Under the pieces are notes generated by a model. The model was not told the origin of the DNA and ran no database searches. It saw only the letters and a list, made by a program, of their open reading frames with translations. From Acaryochloris marina MBIC11017 (lineage in GTDB: Bacteria > Cyanobacteriota > Cyanobacteriia > Thermosynechococcales > Thermosynechococcaceae), in the NCBI RefSeq assembly GCF_000018105.1, contig NC_009925.1, positions 1,080,001-1,112,000 of the forward strand: a DNA stretch of 32,000 nt. The letters are read 5' to 3'. The position numbers were made by a program, and so were the translations under genes. The first letter of the stretch is position 1; each line of letters starts with the position of its first letter. This document shows positions 19,374 to 26,507 of this stretch, one piece after another.

Positions 19374-20327
19374 TAGCAGTCGCCATATTGAGAAGGACTT
19401 AAACTAGAGAAGTATTTTATTCCTTCTCCTGTGTGATGCCCAAAATTTATAGTTACGACCTACGTTGCAAAGTGATAGATGCGATTGAGCTAGATGGGAT
19501 GCGCCCTTCTGAGGCTAGTGAGCTGTTCGATATCAGTCGTAACACCATTAACCAATGGCAACACCTCAAGGCGGAAACGGGTGATTTGCATCCCAAGCCA
19601 GTCCATCATCCTGGCCATAGCCATAAAATCACTGACTGGGACAAGTTTCGAGCGTTTGCCCACAAGCATCGTCATAAAACCCAAGCTCAGATGGCTCAAC
19701 TATGGGATGGAGAGATTAGTGATCGAACCATCTCAAGAGCCCTCCAGAAAATCGGATTTACTCGAAAAAAAAACATATGGGTACCGAGAACGAGATAAGC
19801 ACAAACGGGCAGCGTTCATCAAACGTCTGAGTACCGTGGACCCAGACGATATCGTCTATGCGGATGAGTCGGGCATGGATCATCGAGACGAGTATGACTA
19901 TGCTTATGGCCCCAAAGGTGAGCGGGTTTATGCTTTGAAGACTGGGCGTAGAAGCGGCCGAGTCAATATGATTGCGGCGTTGAGAGCAAAGCAGTTGATG
20001 GCACCGTTCACGATCGAAGGAGCTTGCAATCGGACTGTGTTTGAACTTTGGCTAGAGCGTTGCTTGATACCCGTGCTCAAGCCTGGGCAGAAGCTGGTGA
20101 TAGATAATGCCACTTTTCACAAGGGAGGACAAATACAGGAATTAGTGGAAAAAGCAGGATGTGAGGTTTGGTATTTACCGCCTTATTCCCCTGACTTGAA
20201 CAAGATTGAGCGGTCTTGGTCTTGGATTAAAAGTCGCATCCGTCACCAATTAGAACATTTTGGATCTCTCAGAGAAGCAATGGAACATGTTCTACATCTA
20301 GTGTCCTGAATAGAATGGCGACTGCTA
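19374..20327 (+). mobile_element. IS630-family insertion sequence (about 954 bp) flanked by a TA target duplication
   Basis: Terminal inverted repeats TAGCAGTCGCCAT..AGGAC at 19374-19399 and 20302-20327 (13 bp perfect, then partial). Flanking TA at 19372-73 and 20328-29. Encodes a DD35E transposase. Confidence 0.9.
19433..20309 (+). CDS. IS630/Tc1-mariner-type transposase in two frames: HTH part 19433-19798, DDE part in the +1 frame to 20309. The frames join at an A9 run (19765-19773).
   Basis: The N-terminal frame ends ..IGFTRKK. The second frame continues KTYGYRERD..VYADESGMD..VIDNATFHK..(35 aa)..NKIE, i.e. DD35E. Removing one A gives a continuous protein of about 291 aa. Confidence 0.85.
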
Positions 20328-20330
20328 TAA

Positions 20331-21722
20331 CCCTCTTTTATCACTTTAGACAGATAAAAAATAGACTATTCTCAGTTTCTATTTTTCTAATGAGTGATGT
20401 CAGCTTCAAGAAGTCCAGAACCAACCATTGGCTTTGTTGATGAGTACTGCCAACTATTTGCAGAGTTATTTCCCCAAGTCCGCAGTTATGAAGCCTTCAA
20501 GCATCTCCATCTGGGGATGATTAGTGATATCAAACGTAAATCATTGCCCGCCATTGCAAGAGCAGTGGGCTTGGAGAACCATCAAAGCCTGCATCATTTT
20601 CTGAGTGAATCACCTTGGGTAGCGTCACATTTGTCTGACAAGAGATTGGACATCATCTTGAAAATACTGGATGGGCGCAGGTTAATTCTATTGATCGATG
20701 AGACGGGCGATTGCAAAAAAGGCAAGAGTACCGACTATGTGAAACGGCAGTATATCGGCAATGTGGGCAAGAAAGAGAATGGCATCGTCGCAGTCACTGC
20801 CTACGGGCTGTTTCAAGGGATGATTTTGCCTTTGTCCTTTGAAGTGTACAAACCCCGAGAACGTCTTAAAGAGGAGGATGAGTATCTCAGCAAACCCCAA
20901 ATTGCTGCTGGAATGATCCGACAGTTGCAAGGGATGGGCTTTTGCTTTGAGCTCGTCCTGGCTGACAGCTTGTATGGGGAAGCTCAAACAAACTTTGTGA
21001 ATGTCTTAGAGGAGTTAAAGCTGCCCTATATCCTAGCGATTCGTAGCAATCATGCGGTGTGGTTACCCGCAGAACAAGCAGTCTTTGCCGAACCGTGGCA
21101 GTCATTTGAACGAACCTTCAGCAATGGCACCACTGAAACTCGTTACAGGCAAGAGATCATTTATGGCCAGCGACACCACCAGAAGCGCTATTGGCTATTA
21201 ACCACGGACCCCCAAACGCTACCAGAGAACTCAACCTCTTATGTCATGGCAGCGGCACCCGAGATCAAGCTGGATGAAATTGGGGATTGCTATGGCTTCA
21301 GAACTTGGATTGAGTATGGTCTCAAACAGTCTAAAGATACCTTGGGTTGGGCTGATTTTCGCATGACGCACTACGAACAAATTGAAAAGTGGTGGGAGAT
21401 AGTGATGAGCGCTTTCTTGATGGTGAGTTTGTTCGCTGATGTCTTCAATGACTCTTGTCCAGTGGCACATCAACACTTTGCGCAGCATCCTTGGTGGGAT
21501 AACCAAAACGGGTGGAAGAATCTGCTCAATAATGTGCGCTTGATCATTCAACCGTTAATCAGTTGGAATCTTCTAAAGCGCTGGTTAGAAGTCTTTCCCA
21601 GCCGTGCTTTGAAAAAGGGGTTTGAGCAACTCACATCAAAGATGGAGGCATTTTGCTGTCCACTGGTGAGGAAATTGCTCAAGCATCCTGATTTTCTCTC
21701 TGTCTAAAGTGATAAAAGAGGG
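20331..21722 (+). mobile_element. IS701-family insertion sequence (1392 bp) with perfect 24-bp terminal inverted repeats and a 4-bp ATAA duplication
   Basis: CCCTCTTTTATCACTTTAGACAGA at 20331-20354 is the exact reverse complement of 21699-21722. ATAA at 20327-30 and 21723-26. Confidence 0.9.
20394..21707 (+). CDS. IS701-family (IS4-like) DDE transposase
   Basis: 437 aa. N-terminus and LLIDETGDCKKGKSTDYVKRQYIG.. / LVLADSLYGE / TWIEYGLKQSKDTLGW are typical of IS701-type transposases. The stop codon lies inside the right IR. Confidence 0.88.
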   Translation: MMSASRSPEPTIGFVDEYCQLFAELFPQVRSYEAFKHLHLGMISDIKRKSLPAIARAVGLENHQSLHHFLSESPWVASHLSDKRLDIILKILDGRRLILLIDETGDCKKGKSTDYVKRQYIGNVGKKENGIVAVTAYGLFQGMILPLSFEVYKPRERLKEEDEYLSKPQIAAGMIRQLQGMGFCFELVLADSLYGEAQTNFVNVLEELKLPYILAIRSNHAVWLPAEQAVFAEPWQSFERTFSNGTTETRYRQEIIYGQRHHQKRYWLLTTDPQTLPENSTSYVMAAAPEIKLDEIGDCYGFRTWIEYGLKQSKDTLGWADFRMTHYEQIEKWWEIVMSAFLMVSLFADVFNDSCPVAHQHFAQHPWWDNQNGWKNLLNNVRLIIQPLISWNLLKRWLEVFPSRALKKGFEQLTSKMEAFCCPLVRKLLKHPDFLSV

Positions 21723-21725
21723 ATA

Positions 21726-21869
21726 AGCCAATGGATTCAGTCGATGGACGAGTCAGCCATTATGACTGGAATTGAATGTGTATCCTTTCAATTTGGCTTT
21801 GCGCTGATTACAACTAGTTTCAAGCTTTTCAAACATAAGCGTCCCAAAGAAGTCCTCGTTTTTAAATAA
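21726..21869 (+). pseudogene. 3' fragment of the IS-interrupted small gene
   Basis: 47 codons stay open in the frame that is continuous with 19107-19373 after in-silico excision of both IS elements (junction ..GAG AAG TTA | AGC CAA TGG..). Confidence 0.5.
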
Positions 21870-21922
21870 GGCTTTTACGACCATCTTCAAACATAACTAA
21901 TAAGGTTCAACTCATACTTCAA

Positions 21923-23119
21923 ATGGCAAAAAAGAAGAAAAAAGAGCCGGGCTGTGGCTGTGGCAGTATTCCTTTCTCCGTGATCTTGTTGGTTTTAGGG
22001 GTTGGAGGGTGGTGGTTTAGCCAAGCAGAGAATCGACAGCTAGGCCGATATTTCCCCAAAGATACAACGGTTACCATTCCCGTTTTAAATCAGCCAATTA
22101 CTCTCAATCCATCATCGCCTTTTCCAACTCCCAGTGTTGTCCCTATTAAACCGGTCGAACCCCTGCCGACGCCAGAAGTGGTTGCAGTTGAGGTGCCCAA
22201 GGAAATCGAATTTCCCAAGGCTTGGACTCAGAAGAAGATGCGGGGAATTTATCTCAGTCGATATCAAGTCACCAATAATGCATCTGAAGAAACCATTCGC
22301 GAACGGGTTCGATATTATCGCGCCCAAGGGTTCAACACCATCTTGCATGGGGTGTGGGGCAATGCCTGCACCATGTATAAAAGTGAAGTAATGGCCCAAC
22401 AGTTGGGTTTTCCTAGCTGCCCTAATCTCTTTCAAGATCAATGGCTGGACTGGCTCATCGATGAGGCTCATAAGCAGGATATGCAAGTGCATGCCTACTT
22501 TGAAAAAGGCATCAAGATTGATAAAAACAGCCCAGTTTATAAACGGGCTGTGGCTGAAAAATGGCTGGTCCCTGGCGTAGATAAAACCTATAGCGGTATT
22601 GAGCATTATGTCCTGGATGTGGACAACCCAAAGGTAGCAGATCTATTCACAGACATTACGGTAGAGTTTGTGCAGAAATATCCCACCATCGATGCGGTGC
22701 AGTGGGATGACTATTTGGGGTATCACGCTGAACTCCCAGGCAAGGTGGACCGAACCACCAGCCTCACAAAATTTTCTCAACGCATGATCAAAGAAATGAA
22801 AAAAGCCAACCCAAAGGTGAGTTTCGATCTATGTCACCATAATCCTTACTGGTCCAAACGCTATTTTGCTGCGGATTGGAAGAACTGGGACGTGGACCGG
22901 GTCTTTGTCCAAGCCTATAACGAGGCTAATTTTGTCAAGGAATTAGAGTACGCTCACGCCCAAGTCGGTATTGCCATTACCGACAACCAGCTCCACCGAT
23001 TACAAGGACTCGTCGAGGATCCTAAAATAAAAGGCATTTTAGTGTTTCCCCTATCCGGTAAGCCTGAAGAAACAGCAGTCAAAGTTAAAGATCTGGTACT
23101 CAAGGCAGATAAAGGGTAA
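21923..23119 (+). CDS. Glycoside-hydrolase-like family 10 (GHL10/DUF187, YngK-like) protein with an N-terminal membrane anchor
   Basis: 398 aa. Lys-rich N-terminus plus a TM helix. MRGIYLSRY...AQGFNTIL..VWGNA...WLIDEAHKQDMQVHAYFE resembles the GHL10 TIM-barrel family. Recognised by eye only. Confidence 0.6.
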   Translation: MAKKKKKEPGCGCGSIPFSVILLVLGVGGWWFSQAENRQLGRYFPKDTTVTIPVLNQPITLNPSSPFPTPSVVPIKPVEPLPTPEVVAVEVPKEIEFPKAWTQKKMRGIYLSRYQVTNNASEETIRERVRYYRAQGFNTILHGVWGNACTMYKSEVMAQQLGFPSCPNLFQDQWLDWLIDEAHKQDMQVHAYFEKGIKIDKNSPVYKRAVAEKWLVPGVDKTYSGIEHYVLDVDNPKVADLFTDITVEFVQKYPTIDAVQWDDYLGYHAELPGKVDRTTSLTKFSQRMIKEMKKANPKVSFDLCHHNPYWSKRYFAADWKNWDVDRVFVQAYNEANFVKELEYAHAQVGIAITDNQLHRLQGLVEDPKIKGILVFPLSGKPEETAVKVKDLVLKADKG

Positions 23120-23275
23120 CTCACAGACTTAAATGGGGTGAGGTGCATGTGATTCCACCCCATTCAGATGGTGGAATCACCACCGATATTAAATCCTGGC
23201 AGAACTGAGCCAGTTAGGGGTTGGAGCCCCCCTCAAATAATTAACTTCCAACAATTAATAGGTGTAATACCGCTA

Positions 23276-23380
23276 TCAGGTTTTGCCAACGACTTCCACC
23301 AACAGGTTGATGGTCAGTCCCAAACTAATCCATACCAATCGAGTTAAAAAGACAACTTGGTTTGAAAAGATCGGTTTCAT
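23276..23380 (-). CDS. Possible 34-aa single-TM peptide (MKPIFSNQVVFLTRLVWISLGLTINLLVEVVGKT), not in the ORF track
   Basis: ATG preceded by AGGTG. Hydrophobic core. Lies just downstream of the terminator of the psbE/F-like operon. No family recognised. Confidence 0.2.
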   Translation of the reverse strand: MKPIFSNQVVFLTRLVWISLGLTINLLVEVVGKT

Positions 23381-23422
23381 AAATATTGCACCTAAAATTT
23401 CGTTCATACCTACAAACAGAAG

Positions 23423-23459
23423 AAAAAAAAGACACCCCCTTCTGCCTCAAGAGAGTGTC
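23423..23459 (-). terminator. Strong Rho-independent terminator of the psbE-like/psbF-psbY-like operon
   Basis: On the minus strand: GACACTCTCTT-gaggcag-AAGGGGGTGTC (11-bp stem including G-U pairs) followed by T8. It begins 24 nt after the stop at 23483. Confidence 0.8.
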
Positions 23460-23482
23460 AAGCTAGCGTCGTTTTGCCAACC

Positions 23483-23782
23483 TTATTCGCGTTGTAAGAC
23501 TTCTTGGAGTTCTTGCAACGTCGGACCACCAAAGAAGATGACGTTCCAAACAACCGAGAACAAGATGGGAGCCAGCACCAAGGCTAGCCGCAGATCAATT
23601 CCAGCAATCATCGTTGGGGCAACTGCCTCATAGGCATCCATTCGGTTAATAAACTGCATAGATGCAATTGCGCCGAGGAACCACACCAAAGGGACACCCA
23701 ATGTGTGGACCGCCAACCAGCGCACGGTATAGATAGGATATTTCCTTTGGGGAGGTCGCTGGAGCTGAGTTCTTGCCGTCAT
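23483..23782 (-). CDS. psbF: Cytochrome b559 beta (PsbF)-like protein fused in frame to a PsbY-like transmembrane helix
   Basis: Residues 1-46 (..[33 protein letters not shown]) match full-length PsbF, including the heme-ligand His. There is no stop at that point. A 14-aa linker follows, then [38 protein letters not shown], which matches PsbY as I remember it. AGGAG lies 9 nt upstream of the ATG. Confidence 0.75.
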   Translation of the reverse strand: MTARTQLQRPPQRKYPIYTVRWLAVHTLGVPLVWFLGAIASMQFINRMDAYEAVAPTMIAGIDLRLALVLAPILFSVVWNVIFFGGPTLQELQEVLQRE

Positions 23783-23794
23783 ATCGAATGCCTC

Positions 23795-24067
23795 CTAATT
23801 GTTGGTATCAAGACTTGGACTAAGATTGCGAAAATCATCGATTTGCTGTTTACCGGCATACCGATCCGTCACAATTTGTATTTGAGACTCAGATTGAGAA
23901 TAATATTCATTTGGATGGGGCGTTCCAAAAACATCGTATGCTAGCCCAGAACTGACAAAGAGCCATCCTGATATAAAAATAGCTGGAATATTAATAACGT
24001 GGAGCTTCCAGAAAGAGAAATCGGTGATAATCTCACCAAACGGGCGCTCACCTGTTACACCGGCCAT
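23795..24067 (-). CDS. psbE: Cytochrome b559 alpha (PsbE)-like protein, divergent
   Basis: [48 protein letters not shown] is collinear with PsbE, with the heme His retained. I prefer the ATG at 24067 (6 nt after AGGAG) over 24073. Confidence 0.85.
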   Translation of the reverse strand: MAGVTGERPFGEIITDFSFWKLHVINIPAIFISGWLFVSSGLAYDVFGTPHPNEYYSQSESQIQIVTDRYAGKQQIDDFRNLSPSLDTNN

Positions 24068-24089
24068 AAGCATCTCCTAACTTAGTTGA

Positions 24090-24149
24090 GAATAATTCTT
24101 ATTCACAGACTTATTATTGCAATTAATTATCAATAATTCAAGAGATAAT
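24090..24149 (-). promoter_or_regulatory. Predicted promoter of the psbE-like operon, overlapped by Fur-box-like palindromes and hexamers
   Basis: Minus strand: TTGAAT (24141-24136), 17-nt spacer, AATAAT (24118-24113). Palindrome AATTAT-CA-ATAATT at 24125-24138. Palindrome GAATAA-TTC-TTATTC at 24090-24104. GATAAT at 24144-24149. Confidence 0.45.
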
Positions 24150-24492
24150 TTCTGTTCTCATTTAGAGATTTGATAAGTAAAAGCTATAGCGGCAGAAATT
24201 CAGCCCTTGGAAGCGAGGAGCCAATCATCATCACCAGCCCATTTTTTGCCCTTTCATGAGCAATGATTTTTATTTTTATTGAGAATTGTTGTAAATTTGG
24301 AGACAGACTGAACGCCCTAAACCTCAGACCAGTGTGTTGTCCTTTATCTACTGTTAAGCCTGGATACAGCTCTTTCACTTGTAATGATTTTGTGGAAACA
24401 ATATCACAACCTCAGCTATAACTATCCGCTGCCCTTATATACAGGAATCTATCCCCTCAGGCCCATAGGAAAATATCTTGTCAGGACGGTAC

Positions 24493-24936
24493 ATGTATAC
24501 TTCTAGCTCACTCAAAGCCGAATTAAATGAGAAAGGTTGGCGACTGACTCCTCAGCGGGAAATAATATTGACGGCCTTCCAAGAATTGGAGAAAGGGCAA
24601 CATCTCAGCGCTGAAGATCTCTACGAGCTGTTAATGCAACAAGGTAATCCCATCAGCCTTTCCACCATTTATAGAAACACTAAGCTTATGTCCCATATGG
24701 GAATACTCCGAGAGCTGGAATTCGCTGAAGGGCATAAGCACTATGAGCTAAATCAACCCTACCCGAATCATCACCATCACCTGATATGCGTCAAATGTAA
24801 TCAGACGATTGAGTTTAAAAGCGATTCCATCCTCAAAGTGGGGAAAAGTAAAGCGAAGCAATCTGGATTTCATCTCTTAGACTGTCAATTGACGATCCAT
24901 GCCATTTGCCCAACTTGCAAAATTGCAAAGGGGTAG
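24493..24936 (+). CDS. fur: Ferric uptake regulator (FurA type)
   Basis: 147 aa. SLKAELNEKGWRLTPQRE..HLSAEDLY..ISLSTIYRN..GHKHYEL..HHHHLICVKCNQTIEF..LLDCQLTIHAICPTC is near-collinear with cyanobacterial FurA. The ATG at 24493 (AGGA 6 nt upstream) is preferred over the TTG at 24478. Confidence 0.9.
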   Translation: MYTSSSLKAELNEKGWRLTPQREIILTAFQELEKGQHLSAEDLYELLMQQGNPISLSTIYRNTKLMSHMGILRELEFAEGHKHYELNQPYPNHHHHLICVKCNQTIEFKSDSILKVGKSKAKQSGFHLLDCQLTIHAICPTCKIAKG

Positions 24937-24963
24937 CGATCCGCCCCTCTTGCCTGAACCCAA

Positions 24964-25335
24964 TTATTTAATTTCTAAGGCTTCTGAACCGCCTTCCTCT
25001 AAAGTTCTTAGAAGTATTCCCAGCTGATACCACACCAATAGCCCACTGGATAGCACCACAAAAGTAGACATGGTAAATCCAACAGCCCAGGTAACAGCAA
25101 AAGTCGTTAAGGATGAACCCACAAAAATCCAACTACAAATACAAATCCCTAGGTAAGGTACAAATAACCTGGGTTCATTAACATTCCTGAGTGGCTTTTC
25201 AGATAACCCCTCCGACCATTCTTTTGTTTTGCGTTTGATTGACACTTCAAACGCTTTGCCACAAGCAAATCCGCAGAGGGCAGCAATGCCAATCAAAAAG
25301 TATGGCGGATCAGGAATTTCAAAAAGAAAGTGCAT
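24964..25335 (-). CDS. Hypothetical membrane protein (about 3 TM helices)
   Basis: 123-aa ORF with three hydrophobic segments. Converges on fur with a 27-nt gap. No family recognised. Confidence 0.5.
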   Translation of the reverse strand: MHFLFEIPDPPYFLIGIAALCGFACGKAFEVSIKRKTKEWSEGLSEKPLRNVNEPRLFVPYLGICICSWIFVGSSLTTFAVTWAVGFTMSTFVVLSSGLLVWYQLGILLRTLEEGGSEALEIK

Positions 25336-25650
25336 GCATTACACCCTATAGAGCGAACTGAGGAACATTCAGCAGAAAATATATCTATTCTGATTGAAAC
25401 TCAATTTGTTGATAAAAGCACATTTTAATCTGGGGTAAGTAGCCCTTTCCTTTAGAGGAGAATCAATAGCTTAAGCCTAGGGCACCTATTTAAAGCGTTT
25501 TTAGGCTAACAAGCCCACCTAATCCGCCATTAGTTAAGTCCAGGCAACTGAGAATTTTCGGAAATGAGAGTACGACGGATAAATGTTGAACCCGTACCAG
25601 TTTGTTTTCCAGCCCAAGGGAAATTGCTTGGATCAGGAATGGAACATGTG

Positions 25651-26265
25651 TTAAGCAATTTCTCTGTCGAACTTAATTTTTATATTTTTCTGGATAAATC
25701 TAGGGGGCTTGTTGCCGATATAGTCGAATTCAGCCAACTTATACTGACTAAACTGCACATCCAGCTCACTATAAGCAATTTTGGGATCCCTCTTGGAAAT
25801 TGAGCTAGCTAGCCCACCTTCTTCGCCAACACAGGACTTGAAGTCGACCAAATACAAGTTGCCGCCACTGTCAAAGCTAAAGAAAGGACCATCCTGGCCG
25901 CCAATTGAATAATTTCCGTCTTGACCATTATCCAAATCATAAATATTCCGATTACAGATGGTCTCTTCTGTATGCTTTACCCCCGTATGGGGAGAAATAT
26001 ATTCAAAAGAAAATCTTGCATCCTTACCCAAATCATTGATGGTTAAGCTGCCCATTAACCCTTCCAAATCTTTGCCACTATTTAAGGCATTGACCACAGT
26101 ATCTTTGTCATAGGAAACCTTGCCAGAGATCACTCCCTCATCTCCAATATTGCCAGCACTCTTGAAGGAGTAGGTGGTAGCCCATGCGGAATTAGTCATT
26201 ATCAACAAACCTAAGCACACACATACAGCGCTGATCAGCAAACGCTTGAGACTATTGCGAATCAT
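25651..26265 (-). CDS. Hypothetical secreted protein
   Basis: 204 aa. N-terminal signal peptide (..LLIMTNSAWA/TT), Gly/Asp-rich mature part with two Cys. No family recognised. Confidence 0.55.
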   Translation of the reverse strand: MIRNSLKRLLISAVCVCLGLLIMTNSAWATTYSFKSAGNIGDEGVISGKVSYDKDTVVNALNSGKDLEGLMGSLTINDLGKDARFSFEYISPHTGVKHTEETICNRNIYDLDNGQDGNYSIGGQDGPFFSFDSGGNLYLVDFKSCVGEEGGLASSISKRDPKIAYSELDVQFSQYKLAEFDYIGNKPPRFIQKNIKIKFDREIA

Positions 26266-26464
26266 CGGTGATAATCCTCTGTACGATTTTTATTGAAATT
26301 CTCTCTCAATAATTACACAAGCTTGCCAACAGATCAAAATCGCATCTATCGATAAAAAGTTCAAAATTCATTGTGAATAGTTAGTTTTACTGCATAAATC
26401 TGCTGCCAAGCTATCTATCAGCTCTAACATTATTGAGTTTTATTACAGCTGTACATCTAGATTA

Positions 26465-26507
26465 TTGACACTTAATTTCAATAAAACTATTCTGACAATC
26501 ATTGATC
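26465..26507 (+). promoter_or_regulatory. Predicted sigma70-type promoter followed directly by a Fur-half-site-like sequence, upstream of the TPR / chlorophyll-binding-protein genes
   Basis: TTGACA (26465-70), 17-nt spacer, TATTCT (26488-93), then GACAATCATTGATC (26494-26507; 9/10 match to GATAATCATT of the classical Fur box; core palindrome CAAT-C-ATTG). Confidence 0.35.

Noticed and set aside
22112-22606. 164-aa minus-strand ORF inside the GHL10-like gene
   Set aside because: It is entirely antisense to a longer ORF that has a recognisable domain pattern. Its composition is typical of a shadow frame.
23283-23633. 116-aa plus-strand ORF
   Set aside because: It is antisense to the PsbF/PsbY-like CDS and spans that operon's terminator. 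Its Arg/Lys/Thr-rich composition has no motifs.
24184-24378. 64-aa minus-strand ORF in the fur / psbE-like spacer
   Set aside because: It has no RBS and no recognisable family, and it lies in the regulatory spacer upstream of the predicted psbE-like promoter. I treat it as non-coding.
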